A DNA stretch of 64,000 bases, from positions 24,876 to 88,875 of the IMG/VR virus record IMGVR_UViG_3300031993_000041. One strand, written 5' to 3'. The translations under genes were made by a program, and so were the position numbers. This DNA comes from a virus. Taxonomy: Duplodnaviria; Caudoviricetes. Under the pieces are notes generated by a model, which had not been told where the DNA came from, searched no databases, and saw nothing but the letters and a program-made list of their open reading frames with translations. Below, piece by piece: positions 1 to 10,417 of the stretch (position 1 is the first letter of the stretch; each line of letters starts with the position of its first letter).

Positions 1-141
1 GCTATAAGGACTTTATTCTTATACCTGCATTCGTCAAGTTCAGATGTGAGCACGCCTATTTCAGTCATTGCATCCTTCAACAGCTTCTTGAGAGTCGCTG
101 TTTCCGGAATCTTCATAACATCGTACCTGCTATTCCTATTT

Positions 142-615
142 TTATTCTTCTGAATCGTCATCGTCGAAGTTGTTATTGTCAAGACGCTCGAAAAGTCTTT
201 GTATGTCAGCATCATCCATATCGGCGGCGAAATCGTGAAATCTTGCGTTCATATATCCGTACAACATGCGGAACTGTACAAGAGGCATACATACTATGTC
301 TCCGTTAAGGACAAAGTATACCATTTCAGTCAAGCCGAAATCCATACCGTTGTCGACGCCTCCTCTTTCAAGCAAGAAATCCCTTACTTTCAGAGGGTCT
401 TTGGCATATCCCCGCACGACGTCGATATTGTCTATATCGACAAATGGCTTTATCGACACAATCATTCTTTCAGCCATTTGAGGGTCTTCGCCGAATGTCT
501 TGTTACGAAATTCGAAATAAGTCATAATGCAGTCGGCTATCGTTTCGCCTTCCGCCACTATGCTTACCATAGAAAAATGCTTTTGAAATACCTTAGAAGT
601 TATTTTATATTTCAT
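142..615 (-). CDS. hypothetical protein, acidic C-terminus (DDDDSEE)
   Basis: ORF track 142..651; start moved to ATG 615 because the conserved promoter motif (640-652) overlaps the longer start. Confidence 0.7.
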   Translation of the reverse strand: MKYKITSKVFQKHFSMVSIVAEGETIADCIMTYFEFRNKTFGEDPQMAERMIVSIKPFVDIDNIDVVRGYAKDPLKVRDFLLERGGVDNGMDFGLTEMVYFVLNGDIVCMPLVQFRMLYGYMNARFHDFAADMDDADIQRLFERLDNNNFDDDDSEE

Positions 616-639
616 GTTCGTTTTATTTCTTACGTTTCC

Positions 640-652
640 TATAAAAAACAAC
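640..652 (-). promoter_or_regulatory. phage promoter-like motif GTTGTTT(T/A)TTATATA (first of 13 copies)
   Basis: copies at 640, 2214, 20805, 22624, 28096, 31082, 33374, 35831, 42973, 44188, 44724, 49566, 51937, all one orientation and intergenic. Confidence 0.75.
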
Positions 653-655
653 GTT

Positions 656-1183
656 TTACAGGCTTTGATATTTTACGATGTCGCCGTTCGCTATCGCTGA
701 CTTATCGCATAAATCCATAACTTTATCAATATCAGCCCAGCAGATGTCCGCCGAATACGTTATATTTTTTATATTTATTTTCTTTATAGCCTTGCCGGCA
801 TCAAAGTACTTGTTGAAAACCTGGAGTGTTGACTTCTTGTTAATTTCAGGCATGTAGCAGTCGGTCACCTCAGGAAAGATGCTTTCCAATTCTTTCGATA
901 TGTTTTTATAGAAAGTCTTTATGATTATATCGGCGAATTTCATCCGCTTCATCAAAGGCAGCTTGCACATGTCAAGGCATAAAATGTCTCCTGACGACAT
1001 CTCATAGCTGACGCACAGACAGAATACCTGCCTGTTATACATCGCTTTCGTATTAAGGTTTCGCTCGATGTAATAAAGCCGGCCCGGGAAGAATATCGCG
1101 TTCTCCTTCGTCTTTAAGACAGATTTCAAATCAGTCTTTGCGTTCCTAACAGCGTTATATCTCTCTTCTAAATTATAGTGCAT
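656..1183 (-). CDS. hypothetical protein, possibly T4 gp2-like DNA end protector
   Basis: FFPGRLYY...LDMCKLP loosely resembles gp2 motifs; adjacent to gp4-like gene as in T4. Confidence 0.4.
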   Translation of the reverse strand: MHYNLEERYNAVRNAKTDLKSVLKTKENAIFFPGRLYYIERNLNTKAMYNRQVFCLCVSYEMSSGDILCLDMCKLPLMKRMKFADIIIKTFYKNISKELESIFPEVTDCYMPEINKKSTLQVFNKYFDAGKAIKKINIKNITYSADICWADIDKVMDLCDKSAIANGDIVKYQSL

Positions 1184-1185
1184 TG

Positions 1186-1674
1186 TCAGATTAAGTTAGA
1201 TTTTTCAGTAAGGAATACGAACTTATAACCGTTTTCCTGACACCATTTTTTAACCGCTTTTGTCTTGCAGCTTATCCGTATATAGTTTTCAAGCCTCATC
1301 TTATACCGTTTCAATGCAGCTGCAGAGTTGTCAGACGGCTGTCGCGGCTTCGATAGCTGGGAATGCGGTTTCACTTCAACGATATATTTCAGAGCTTCTC
1401 CATCCCTTATATATACGAAATGAAAATCAGGATAATAGGTATGTATTTTATTGTCAAGCTCAGACCAGTATTTCACAGAAAGCCCTTCAGACGACCATTC
1501 TATTACGGCGTCCGTAGTATCAAGCCAATACATGAATTTTTTCTCCCAACTGCTCCTGTAGATAATTTTTGTCGGGTCTCCTTTGTACTTATCAAGATTC
1601 TTAGGCGTATAATAACCCTGGTGAAACTTTGATTTCACAGACGGCCTTAGGAATTCTTTGATAGTCCTATCCAT
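1186..1674 (-). CDS. head completion nuclease, T4 gp4-like (TnsA-like endonuclease fold)
   Basis: QGYYTPKNLDKYKGDPTKIIYRSSWEKKFM...EWSSE...YYPDF motifs. Confidence 0.9.
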   Translation of the reverse strand: MDRTIKEFLRPSVKSKFHQGYYTPKNLDKYKGDPTKIIYRSSWEKKFMYWLDTTDAVIEWSSEGLSVKYWSELDNKIHTYYPDFHFVYIRDGEALKYIVEVKPHSQLSKPRQPSDNSAAALKRYKMRLENYIRISCKTKAVKKWCQENGYKFVFLTEKSNLI

Positions 1675-1677
1675 CGC

Positions 1678-1929
1678 TTAGCTGATTTTTAAGACGATGT
1701 CGTCAGCGTCAGTGCCAGATATAAATGAGCAGTTGTCAGACTTATTGAAATAAGCTGCATCCGCAAACAGGTAACACTGGCTTCCGATAGCAGATATGTC
1801 TATACGATATTCTGCTATGATGCGATTCTTCTCTTTTGAGAAAACCTTCAAAGCCTCTTCATAAGGGGCATTCTCTATCGCTGTCTTTACGACACCATTC
1901 TCCTTAATTGTTACTTTATACGTTTTCAT
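1678..1929 (-). CDS. hypothetical protein
   Basis: 83-aa ORF tightly packed in minus-strand operon. Confidence 0.7.
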   Translation of the reverse strand: MKTYKVTIKENGVVKTAIENAPYEEALKVFSKEKNRIIAEYRIDISAIGSQCYLFADAAYFNKSDNCSFISGTDADDIVLKIS

Positions 1930-1940
1930 TGTTTTGTATT

Positions 1941-2201
1941 TTATAATGGATAATTTTCCCTTATCTTTGTATACAAGGCTTTAAGAAACTCATAATCAGG
2001 TTTGTCTTTCCTCATAATATCAAGGACAGTATCAATCTTATAGCAAATAGCACCGGCAGTTGTTTCTTCAGTTACGCTCATTTCTTCCATTTCTTCTACT
2101 GACTCGCTAAATTCTTCAATCAAATCTATTGTGAATTGAGAGAATAATAATAAACGAGATGTATCTACCTCCTTAATAATTTCTTTAATTTTCATTTTCA
2201 T
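1941..2201 (-). CDS. hypothetical protein
   Basis: 86-aa ORF directly downstream of promoter motif at 2214-2229. Confidence 0.7.
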   Translation of the reverse strand: MKMKIKEIIKEVDTSRLLLFSQFTIDLIEEFSESVEEMEEMSVTEETTAGAICYKIDTVLDIMRKDKPDYEFLKALYTKIRENYPL

Positions 2202-2230
2202 ACCTTTGTTTTTTATATAAAAAACAACGT

Positions 2231-5200
2231 TTAGTTAGAAACTTTGAATTCATATCTGAATGTACTTTCAGTTGTACACATAGTATTATCCGGTACCAGA
2301 CGAATTTCTACAAACCTCGGATTCCCTTCTTTTATATTACCATCTCTTTGGTATCTTTCCTTGAAAGCCTTCATATAACTTGTGACAAGTGCTGAATTCT
2401 TTATATTGATTCCGCTTATCTTTCCATTACTGCCAAGATGTATCTTACAATGCTCATTTTCATACTTGCCGTCTCGCGTATTTAATATCGTGTAATACTC
2501 ATCTTCGCTTCCATCGCCTTTGTTCATTCGAACTTCATAGTGATATACAAGCTCCCTTGATTTTGTTCCGTCAGTGTTTTGGGTATATATGCCATTTATA
2601 GAAGGAGGGTAAGTATGAAAACCACCAAATCCTGATATTTGATTATCTCCCTTATATACAGAACATGAATATGAAAGTCCGTCACCTGGATTCTCTCTGT
2701 CAAGACATTCCTTATCAAGTTTAATCTTGAAATCAATCCTTACAGGGAAAAAATACATATTTTGGTATCTATGCTCACGAGCATCTATTATCTTATTACC
2801 TATTTCAAGTACTGTATTTTCCGGAGAGCCATTCTTGTTAAAAAGAGAAAAAGTATCACTAACATTGTCAATCTGAAAATTTGTCTGCATATTGAAAAGA
2901 CGGTTAAAATAGTTTTTCTTACCAACATTATCCGATGGCAAGAAAGACTCAAAATAATAAGGATTTTCTTCATCAGTGCCTATCTTGCCTTTTATGGCAA
3001 GATTCATATCAAAGAAAAGATTCGAACCATCTGAATATACAAGGTTGCTTACAGCTTTATCTGACGTAAATTTGTTAAGGTCAAGCTCGCCGTTTTCTGT
3101 TATCGCGTTCTTAAATATTTCTTGCCTAACCTTAAAACCATCTAACTGATAATAAATTATTTTAGAAGATAGTGCATTTACATAACAGAGAGCAAAACCA
3201 TTAGCTATATTCTCCTTATCATAAAGATTATTCCTTGCAAGTATCTTCTTACGTATCTCTGCTCTCTTCCTTTTCTTATCATCTTCTGAACCAGGTATAC
3301 GGCTAAATAAATAATCCCAATAATCACTTCTATATCTATGCGCTGTCCTTGTAATGTGGAAAAGTGCACTACTATATGTGTATTTGCTGTCGTCAACATT
3401 ACTATGGTACAGTAAGTCGTATAATTCCATTGATATTAAAGCATTATTGTCAGGAACTGTGATTTCATTAGTCAATTCCCTTATATACAACTGCTTTCCT
3501 TGTTTTGATTCAGGGAATTCATCCGTCTTAATAATATGCGCCTGTATATCTTGTACGTCAAGTATCTTACATATATCTCCTGATTTTGTTTCAGTTATAC
3601 GTAAATCGTATTTATACATAAAAGGCAAATCATTCTGTTCAGGCCAGTTATATTGCGTAAGCAATAAAAATTCATCTCCCTCTGGTATATATTCAAGACC
3701 GGTTTCTGCTTTTATGCCATAATTCTTGCCCTCAGCAATACCATATATTCCATAAATGCCATCCCAAGCCTTATAAACCTGTGCAGGATTCTGTCCTAAT
3801 ACATATAAGTATTTGTTAGGACCTTCTATTTTTCCTTTTTTCGAAAGGTAGTCAGTAAACAAAGAAGGGCATTCAGGACATAAAAGCCGTCCAGTCCAAA
3901 AGTCTGGAGCACAATATCTTTTAGCAGCATACGTATCTACATAGATATTATTATTTGGAAAATCTGCAAATGAAGTAGTCTCTCCTAAAGTAATACCAGT
4001 GTCTGCTTTATTCATAAACATCATCATAAATCTACGCTTAGACGTAGAACTTGAAAACGTACTTGGTGTTATTGGAGTACCTTGTGCATTATGATAAGTA
4101 TACCTTGTATAATCAGTGCCATCAAACAATTGGTTTAGTACCTCTTGACAGTATTCATGTGGAGTTTCAAAGTTATAATCTTTTCTATGGTTAACCCAGT
4201 AAGTATATAAATCTATACCAAGCACATGCAATGGGTATTCGTCATTAAACATCCTTCCATAATCATGCCATTTTCTATCTTCTGAAAAATAGCCAGTCTT
4301 CTCATCAACAAAGAACCTTCTATGATTAGTATTCCAAGAGCTTTGAAACCATAAATCTTCAGTATTCGTCCAAGGATAATTTTGGCTTCCCTTTACGACA
4401 ATATTATCAGCAAATCCAGCCGTTAATGAGTCAGCTCTGAAATCATCAAAAATAAATTCCTGCCAGCCAAATGCGCCTCCTATCTTAAAATTTTTAAAAT
4501 AAGGCGAATTTCTATAATTATTTATATAGCTACTGTAATCATATATATCAGAAAGATGTATGTAAACTTTATTATTTACTTTTTCTTTGTCCTTATTTAT
4601 ATTATCCTGATTATAATTAGCCCTGCCTGCAGGTAATGATAAAGGATTCTCTTTTGCACTCTGGTCTGTATCTTGTATTATCCCAATATCATAATCTTCT
4701 TGTGAAAGAAAGTCACACTTATAATATTCTTCAGACTTACCATAAATAAAATTTCTATAGATTATAGAACTCACGCAATATGACCGTGAAGATTGTCCTG
4801 CATAATCCTCTATAATATATCTTTGGTACGTATTTCTGTCACAATTTGGGAACAGGTATCCGGAATATCCACTACCCTGTAATGACAAGCTATTGCTTCT
4901 GTCTGGTATAAATATCAGATTTCCGCTGCCCGCTATTGTAAAATGTCTTCCCCAGTTTTGAGGTAAAGATTCTTTTCTTTTCGCTTCTATATCATCAAGG
5001 CTTATATTCTTATATTCGCTATAACCAAATCTGTCCAAGGGTGTCTTCGAATGTTCAAGGTAATGATGATACCTCGTAAAAAAAACATACATATAGGCAG
5101 TACAATTCAGTATCACTTTAGGATTCTCAATATCGCTGCCGTCTTCTGCCGTTTCACATTCAACACTATGTATCGTAAGTGACGACCCATTTCTTATATA

Positions 5201-5287
5201 GCTTTCTATTTTAGAATATAAAGGGCTTAAAGACTCTCTATATATAATGGGAGTAACTTTACCTAACAACCTATCTTCTATGACCAT
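2231..5287 (-). CDS. large hypothetical protein (Y/N/D/G-rich), possibly virion-associated
   Basis: 1018-aa uninterrupted ORF following the baseplate wedge gene; visibly AT-rich. Confidence 0.75.
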   Translation of the reverse strand: MVIEDRLLGKVTPIIYRESLSPLYSKIESYIRNGSSLTIHSVECETAEDGSDIENPKVILNCTAYMYVFFTRYHHYLEHSKTPLDRFGYSEYKNISLDDIEAKRKESLPQNWGRHFTIAGSGNLIFIPDRSNSLSLQGSGYSGYLFPNCDRNTYQRYIIEDYAGQSSRSYCVSSIIYRNFIYGKSEEYYKCDFLSQEDYDIGIIQDTDQSAKENPLSLPAGRANYNQDNINKDKEKVNNKVYIHLSDIYDYSSYINNYRNSPYFKNFKIGGAFGWQEFIFDDFRADSLTAGFADNIVVKGSQNYPWTNTEDLWFQSSWNTNHRRFFVDEKTGYFSEDRKWHDYGRMFNDEYPLHVLGIDLYTYWVNHRKDYNFETPHEYCQEVLNQLFDGTDYTRYTYHNAQGTPITPSTFSSSTSKRRFMMMFMNKADTGITLGETTSFADFPNNNIYVDTYAAKRYCAPDFWTGRLLCPECPSLFTDYLSKKGKIEGPNKYLYVLGQNPAQVYKAWDGIYGIYGIAEGKNYGIKAETGLEYIPEGDEFLLLTQYNWPEQNDLPFMYKYDLRITETKSGDICKILDVQDIQAHIIKTDEFPESKQGKQLYIRELTNEITVPDNNALISMELYDLLYHSNVDDSKYTYSSALFHITRTAHRYRSDYWDYLFSRIPGSEDDKKRKRAEIRKKILARNNLYDKENIANGFALCYVNALSSKIIYYQLDGFKVRQEIFKNAITENGELDLNKFTSDKAVSNLVYSDGSNLFFDMNLAIKGKIGTDEENPYYFESFLPSDNVGKKNYFNRLFNMQTNFQIDNVSDTFSLFNKNGSPENTVLEIGNKIIDAREHRYQNMYFFPVRIDFKIKLDKECLDRENPGDGLSYSCSVYKGDNQISGFGGFHTYPPSINGIYTQNTDGTKSRELVYHYEVRMNKGDGSEDEYYTILNTRDGKYENEHCKIHLGSNGKISGINIKNSALVTSYMKAFKERYQRDGNIKEGNPRFVEIRLVPDNTMCTTESTFRYEFKVSN

Positions 5288-5305
5288 AGTATTCTATTTT
5301 AAAGG

Positions 5306-7072
5306 TTATTTGTACATTTCTTTTAGTATAGCATTAAGTTTCTTATCCGTATCGGAGCTGTAAACGTCTGAAGGAACGTCATCAGTAAAGAATATGTTGA
5401 GGTTGGACAGGGTATCAGGATTATATGTCGTATCGAACTTATTGCCGTTCGCATCTTTCCAGCCGCCGCGTGGTATCAAGACAATGCCGTCCGGAACTAT
5501 AAGGTTGTCCATTTCATCGAATCCGATACGAGGGTCAGTACCTTGCTCCACTTTTATTATTTTCTTGACTATGCCATAAACGTCATTTATGGTATCATAC
5601 TCACGTGTATAATCAGTATAATATCCGTTCTTTTTCGCGTCTTCGTTTCTTTCATATATAAAGAACACCTGGCATGTATCGACTCCTTCAACAGATTCCA
5701 CTATCGAAATAATGTCGGACCTCGCAATAATATCCCTCCTTCTGATATTCTTGTAATATGTGTTGAGCTTGTCGTATATCGTCGAGCGAACACTATTCTT
5801 ATCTGCAGTATCAAAAGCTCTTACGAGAATGTTAATGATATAATGCTCTATTATGAGGGAATCTATTACGATATTCGTATTTACCACAGAATAGCCAGAA
5901 TTGATTATAAGCGACTTTATGTTATCGATTTCATCAGGCTTCGGAAGCATCCTTTCTTCAGGCACAGTGAAATAATCATAACCTTCTGAATAATATCCGT
6001 CGATATTCTTTAATAAAGTTATATACACTATGCCTGCGTCATCCCTGTATCCTTCTTTTGTCACATTCACGTCAACAAAAGAATAGTCGTCATACCTCAT
6101 CAGATATGACCTGTAATTATCTGCTGTCGCAAGAACAAAGCTACGGCTTGTCTTAGGCGCTATAAGCTTTGTAAAATTCAAGTCTTCATAATCAGAACCT
6201 GACCTTGCGTTTTCAAGTACTCTGACGCTCAGGTTCTCGTTGAGGTCAATCTCTTCGCCTTTTGAAGAAACACCTTGTCCGTCAAACGTAAATTCAACAG
6301 TTGAAAGGTCCATATTACCGACAGCGCCGTCTGTCAATACATATTTTACGCGAATGACAGCTCCTGCTGTAGGTATCTTTCCAAAATTACCGTTTCCGAA
6401 AAATACCGTAAGGCCTGCTGTCATGCCAGTCTTCAAAATATATGACTCTTCGCCTTCGTTCATGTCATACAAAGATTCTTTCTTATTCCACTTTTCATCG
6501 TTGACATATACATCAACTTTCCAATGGTCGGTCATCTTCTTTGTAATGACATCAAAACTCTGCAGCATCGAACCATCTGAAACGAATACCTGCTCTTCAA
6601 CAACACCTTGTATTATCTCGACATTTACTCCCTCAGAGGATTTCGTGTTAATTGTAATGCTGTCCTTGCCGGCATTTATAAAGTATTTCAGCTCAGAATT
6701 CGGAACTGAAAGAGTCATACCGTCCTGAATCCTGATATAAGAGCCGTCTATACCGGAGGCCGTGGCGTTAGCCGCTATGTTGATTACAGCTTTTGCAGAA
6801 GAACCTCTGAACGCATTATGTCCATTCAAACTTGCAAGGCCGTATATACCTGCAGGACTTGTCGCAGTTTCTATATTAAGGTTCTCTTCGGCATGAGAAA
6901 GATATGTCATAAACATTTCGAACAGGTTGGATATAGTCATAAGAATCTGGCCGAACGGACTTGACGCAGTGAACACCTGCTGAGATTGTCCATACAGCTC
7001 AGTAACTTTATCAACTGCCTGTTGTATGATTCCGGCGGCCGTTATCCTTGACCTGTCAAAAAAACTTCCCAT
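5306..7072 (-). CDS. baseplate wedge subunit, T4 gp6-like
   Basis: GLTVFFGNGNFGKIP..GAVIRVKYVLTDGAVGN and APKTSRSFVLATADNY baseplate-J/gp6-type motifs. Confidence 0.85.
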   Translation of the reverse strand: MGSFFDRSRITAAGIIQQAVDKVTELYGQSQQVFTASSPFGQILMTISNLFEMFMTYLSHAEENLNIETATSPAGIYGLASLNGHNAFRGSSAKAVINIAANATASGIDGSYIRIQDGMTLSVPNSELKYFINAGKDSITINTKSSEGVNVEIIQGVVEEQVFVSDGSMLQSFDVITKKMTDHWKVDVYVNDEKWNKKESLYDMNEGEESYILKTGMTAGLTVFFGNGNFGKIPTAGAVIRVKYVLTDGAVGNMDLSTVEFTFDGQGVSSKGEEIDLNENLSVRVLENARSGSDYEDLNFTKLIAPKTSRSFVLATADNYRSYLMRYDDYSFVDVNVTKEGYRDDAGIVYITLLKNIDGYYSEGYDYFTVPEERMLPKPDEIDNIKSLIINSGYSVVNTNIVIDSLIIEHYIINILVRAFDTADKNSVRSTIYDKLNTYYKNIRRRDIIARSDIISIVESVEGVDTCQVFFIYERNEDAKKNGYYTDYTREYDTINDVYGIVKKIIKVEQGTDPRIGFDEMDNLIVPDGIVLIPRGGWKDANGNKFDTTYNPDTLSNLNIFFTDDVPSDVYSSDTDKKLNAILKEMYK

Positions 7073-7088
7073 CTTCTTATATTTTTAA

Positions 7089-7610
7089 TTATTTATTCTG
7101 TTGCTGGCTCTGCTGATTCTGGTTTTGATTCTGCTGGCTTTGCTGATTCTGATTTTCTTTTTGTTCCGAGCTTTCAGATTGTTCCGAACTTTCAGACTGC
7201 TCAGAGCTTTCAGATTCTTCGGCAGCCTTTATATAAGGGTCTATATTTTTTACGAATGTATCTGGAGAATCATTAGTATATGTTGTGAATACAGGCGTCG
7301 TGCCGTTCATTATCGATATGACGTCATTTATATTATTGTCAATACATCTTATCGTATATTCAGTTTTCTTGTCTGAAAGCATCTTAAAAATGTCGTCAGC
7401 ATTCATCCATCTTTTCGCAACTTCACTATACATCGTCCTCGGACTCTTACGTATACAGTTGTTTATCATATCAGCAGTTACTTCGTCTTTTGGGTCCGTA
7501 TGTAAAAGATACCTTATGAACTGCACAAATTTACCTTTGACGTCCTTATATACCGGAGTCGCTGTTATAAACTCCGAAAATGTCTTTAATTGTTCGTTTA
7601 TTGCATCCAT
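7089..7610 (-). CDS. hypothetical protein with SEQSES repeats and Q/N-rich tail
   Basis: 173-aa ORF; LKTFSEF near N-terminus. Confidence 0.75.
   Translation of the reverse strand: MDAINEQLKTFSEFITATPVYKDVKGKFVQFIRYLLHTDPKDEVTADMINNCIRKSPRTMYSEVAKRWMNADDIFKMLSDKKTEYTIRCIDNNINDVISIMNGTTPVFTTYTNDSPDTFVKNIDPYIKAAEESESSEQSESSEQSESSEQKENQNQQSQQNQNQNQQSQQQNK
7170..7222. repeat. ~18-bp imperfect tandem repeat (about 3 copies) encoding ES(S)EQS
   Basis: ctttcagattgttccgaa / ctttcagactgctcagag / ctttcagattcttcggca. Confidence 0.7.
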
Positions 7611-7633
7611 GACAATATATTTTAATTCTTATA

Positions 7634-9199
7634 CTATTTATTTTGAATTATGTTAAAGAGGTTATCGACATCTGCGAACATTACAGGGTTTATGTCTACG
7701 GTGTCGTATGTCATCTTCAGCGAGCATTGAACACTTTCGGATTTCAGGTTTGTGTTAACGTCATGAAGTCCGTCAAAGCCGGTTTCGATAATCTTGCATC
7801 CAGTCAGATATACCTCTACTACCGATATATGCTCCGACAACAGCTTCAATACATAATCATTAAAGTCTTCGTCGACGCCGTTGATATTCGCTCTCCTGTC
7901 AGTTGTCTTATTCATAAAGTCAATCAGGCTTTTTCCTATCATAGACCTGTTGTTTCTGAATGACCTGAAGTCATAGATGAATAAAGACATATTGAATTTC
8001 CTGAGATTCGACGGAATTTTCTCCCTTTTATATTTCGTATCTCTTACTGCTTCATTGTAAGACATAAGCATCCTCGTAATCGTCATTTTCACGTCTTCAA
8101 GCAGTTTCAGCGTCAATTCATTCTTCATCTCACCTGAAAGGTTGTATGCGGCGTTAAAAATATCCTGTACTCCTTCCACAGATGTTATGACATATTGCCT
8201 GTTGTCATTGATATTCTTTATAGTCTGATAAAACCTTATAAGGTTCATTACGGAATTCGGAGAACTAAGCACTTGTCCGTCATTCGTTTCAGGCGTTCCG
8301 CTGAGCAAACTTTTTGTATTCGACGCCTTGTCTACTTCTTGCTGCTTAAGCTCAGTATATATATTAAGTTCTTTCCTGAGTTCTTCTATTCTGTTGTCAA
8401 GAGCGGCAACCTCATTTTTAGCAGACTCTATCCTTGCCTTATACATACTGTATTGCTCAGGAGGCACAGCGCTCGCTGCAGCTCGGAGGTCTCTTGTTTC
8501 CGAAAGAACGTCAAGCGTGTCAGTTATGCCAGATATTGATACCTCTGCCTGCTTTATCTGATATAATGAAACAAGGTCAAGGGTATCGTCTCGTAGGTCT
8601 TCAAGACGCTTAATTTCTTTTTCCAGATTTTTTATGATTTGGTCATATTCGTCTGCTTTCGAGCTAACTATCTGAGGTTCAGCTGCTTTGTCCTTACTGC
8701 CGCTGACATATACCATGTCAGAAAGATAAAGATATTCAATAGCGCCGTACGGTTCGACATAAAGCTCTCTTTCTCTTTTTCCAAGTATCGGACCGACAAG
8801 CTTCTTCTGGATTTTCTCCATAAAATTAGTGCCGAAAGAATTATTATAACCATCGCATAGGCTCGCAAGCTTGCTTGACACTATACGTGATTTGTCGGTA
8901 TAATCGTCTATTCTTTCAAACAGATAAAGGTCCTTAAACAGAGGAGAGGTGTCGAAATCTATGTAAAACGAAAACCCTGTAAGCAAAGGGTCTGTCATTA
9001 CGATGTCGTTAACAAACTTGTTCAAGTCTGAACGCGTATGTATCGAAGTCGAATTAAGGCCTATGCCGCCTGTATAATTACGAACGAGTGATTCAGCGTA
9101 TTTGCTTTCATATTCCCTGTTAACTTCGTTCTTTACAGACTCAGCTTGTTCCTTCGTCCTCTTTGTGTCATCGTATGTCCGTTTTTCAAAAATTCCCAT
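7634..9199 (-). CDS. putative tail/baseplate structural protein with central coiled coil
   Basis: 521-aa ORF in structural neighbourhood; family not securely recognised. Confidence 0.5.
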   Translation of the reverse strand: MGIFEKRTYDDTKRTKEQAESVKNEVNREYESKYAESLVRNYTGGIGLNSTSIHTRSDLNKFVNDIVMTDPLLTGFSFYIDFDTSPLFKDLYLFERIDDYTDKSRIVSSKLASLCDGYNNSFGTNFMEKIQKKLVGPILGKRERELYVEPYGAIEYLYLSDMVYVSGSKDKAAEPQIVSSKADEYDQIIKNLEKEIKRLEDLRDDTLDLVSLYQIKQAEVSISGITDTLDVLSETRDLRAAASAVPPEQYSMYKARIESAKNEVAALDNRIEELRKELNIYTELKQQEVDKASNTKSLLSGTPETNDGQVLSSPNSVMNLIRFYQTIKNINDNRQYVITSVEGVQDIFNAAYNLSGEMKNELTLKLLEDVKMTITRMLMSYNEAVRDTKYKREKIPSNLRKFNMSLFIYDFRSFRNNRSMIGKSLIDFMNKTTDRRANINGVDEDFNDYVLKLLSEHISVVEVYLTGCKIIETGFDGLHDVNTNLKSESVQCSLKMTYDTVDINPVMFADVDNLFNIIQNK

Positions 9200-9224
9200 G
9201 TTGAAATCGATATAAATGCTTATA

Positions 9225-9467
9225 CTATTTATAGTCGACTTCTTTCCAGAAATCCAAAGGACATTTTTCTTCCGGGAATAATATCTTAAGTCTTATGAAA
9301 CATCCGCATAAACCGCACCTTCTGAATATAAGTCCACGGCGTGACAGGCAAAAGTCGCACATGAGCATGCGTTTCTCCCTTACATATTTTGGTGTAATAA
9401 TACAACCGTTCTTAAATTCCTTGAGAACAGCTGACACAAAAGCTGATATTTTGCTATGCTTATTCAA
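9225..9467 (-). CDS. small Cys-rich (CxxC...CxxCxC...CP..W) putative Zn-binding protein
   Basis: CDFC, CGLCGC, KCPLDFW; overlaps start of the next gene. Confidence 0.65.
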   Translation of the reverse strand: MNKHSKISAFVSAVLKEFKNGCIITPKYVREKRMLMCDFCLSRRGLIFRRCGLCGCFIRLKILFPEEKCPLDFWKEVDYK

Positions 9468-9894
9468 TTGTTATATTGATATTCGTTTGCCCTCGCAGCT
9501 TTGACAGAAGTTTTTCCATTACAACCCTCGAATTGATAACTCCCCCCTTTATCTTATTTTCGCCGACAATGATACATCCAAGGCTGTCTTCCGCTGTGTT
9601 TCCGCTATGTATCCTAATCCCTGAAAATCCTATTACGCCATTTATGAGAGGCAATGTCTTCTTAAATTTAGACGAGTATGTCAGAGTGACTTTATATTTA
9701 CCTGAAGGTATCGCCGTCTTACCATATACCTTTTGCTTCTTGATTTGCTGCAGGGTCATTTCCTGTGTAAGCCCTCTGTCCGCGTCTTCAATCGTATCAC
9801 AAAAGTATACGTTGTCAATATACATTTTACCGATAGTGTACGACTCTTTCTTATACAGACGCACAACTTTAATCTCAATAGATTTTTTAGCCAT
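9460..9894 (-). CDS. DUF5675-family protein, putative endolysin/peptidase
   Basis: YTIGKMYID..YFCDTIED, TAIPSGKYKV, GIRIHSGNT.EDSLGCIIVG; next to a holin. Confidence 0.8.
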   Translation of the reverse strand: MAKKSIEIKVVRLYKKESYTIGKMYIDNVYFCDTIEDADRGLTQEMTLQQIKKQKVYGKTAIPSGKYKVTLTYSSKFKKTLPLINGVIGFSGIRIHSGNTAEDSLGCIIVGENKIKGGVINSRVVMEKLLSKLRGQTNINITIE

Positions 9895-9905
9895 ATTATG
9901 AAGAT

Positions 9906-10388
9906 TTAAATTTCGCTTTCGTCATCTTGACTGTCATCAGAACCAAGTTTCTTCTCAAGTTCCTTCTCAAGATATTTCTTTATTTTCGGCAGAACCGGTA
10001 TGTTAGGCCAGATTATCATCATATTTGCAAGAATCGATAAAGTCTCAGATATGAACAGTGCTGATGACACTATATTTCCAAGCATGTCTATTCCTACAAA
10101 TTTATCAAGGCCTCCAGCTATAAGGTATCCCAATGAATAAAATATGATTTTTCCGACAACATTCTTGACCCTCGCAGACCTTAGGTTTCCTTTCTTCGCA
10201 TTTATCACCATTGCCATTATCCAGTCGACTACAACAAGTATGAATACGAATACAACCTCATCTTTATATGGTATCAGAATTGATAGTAATAATGTTGATA
10301 TATATATGAAAAATTCTTCGATGTTTGACAGAACTCCGCCAAACACATCTTTAAACTTAATCGCCGCATTTATAAAACTCTCTTTCAT
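9906..10388 (-). CDS. phage holin (toxin-secretion/phage holin family 4-like)
   Basis: three hydrophobic segments, VVDWIMA, ETLSILAN, KIKKYLEK pattern. Confidence 0.75.
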   Translation of the reverse strand: MKESFINAAIKFKDVFGGVLSNIEEFFIYISTLLLSILIPYKDEVVFVFILVVVDWIMAMVINAKKGNLRSARVKNVVGKIIFYSLGYLIAGGLDKFVGIDMLGNIVSSALFISETLSILANMMIIWPNIPVLPKIKKYLEKELEKKLGSDDSQDDESEI

Positions 10389-10417
10389 TTTATTTTTCTC
10401 CTTTACATATTTATGAA

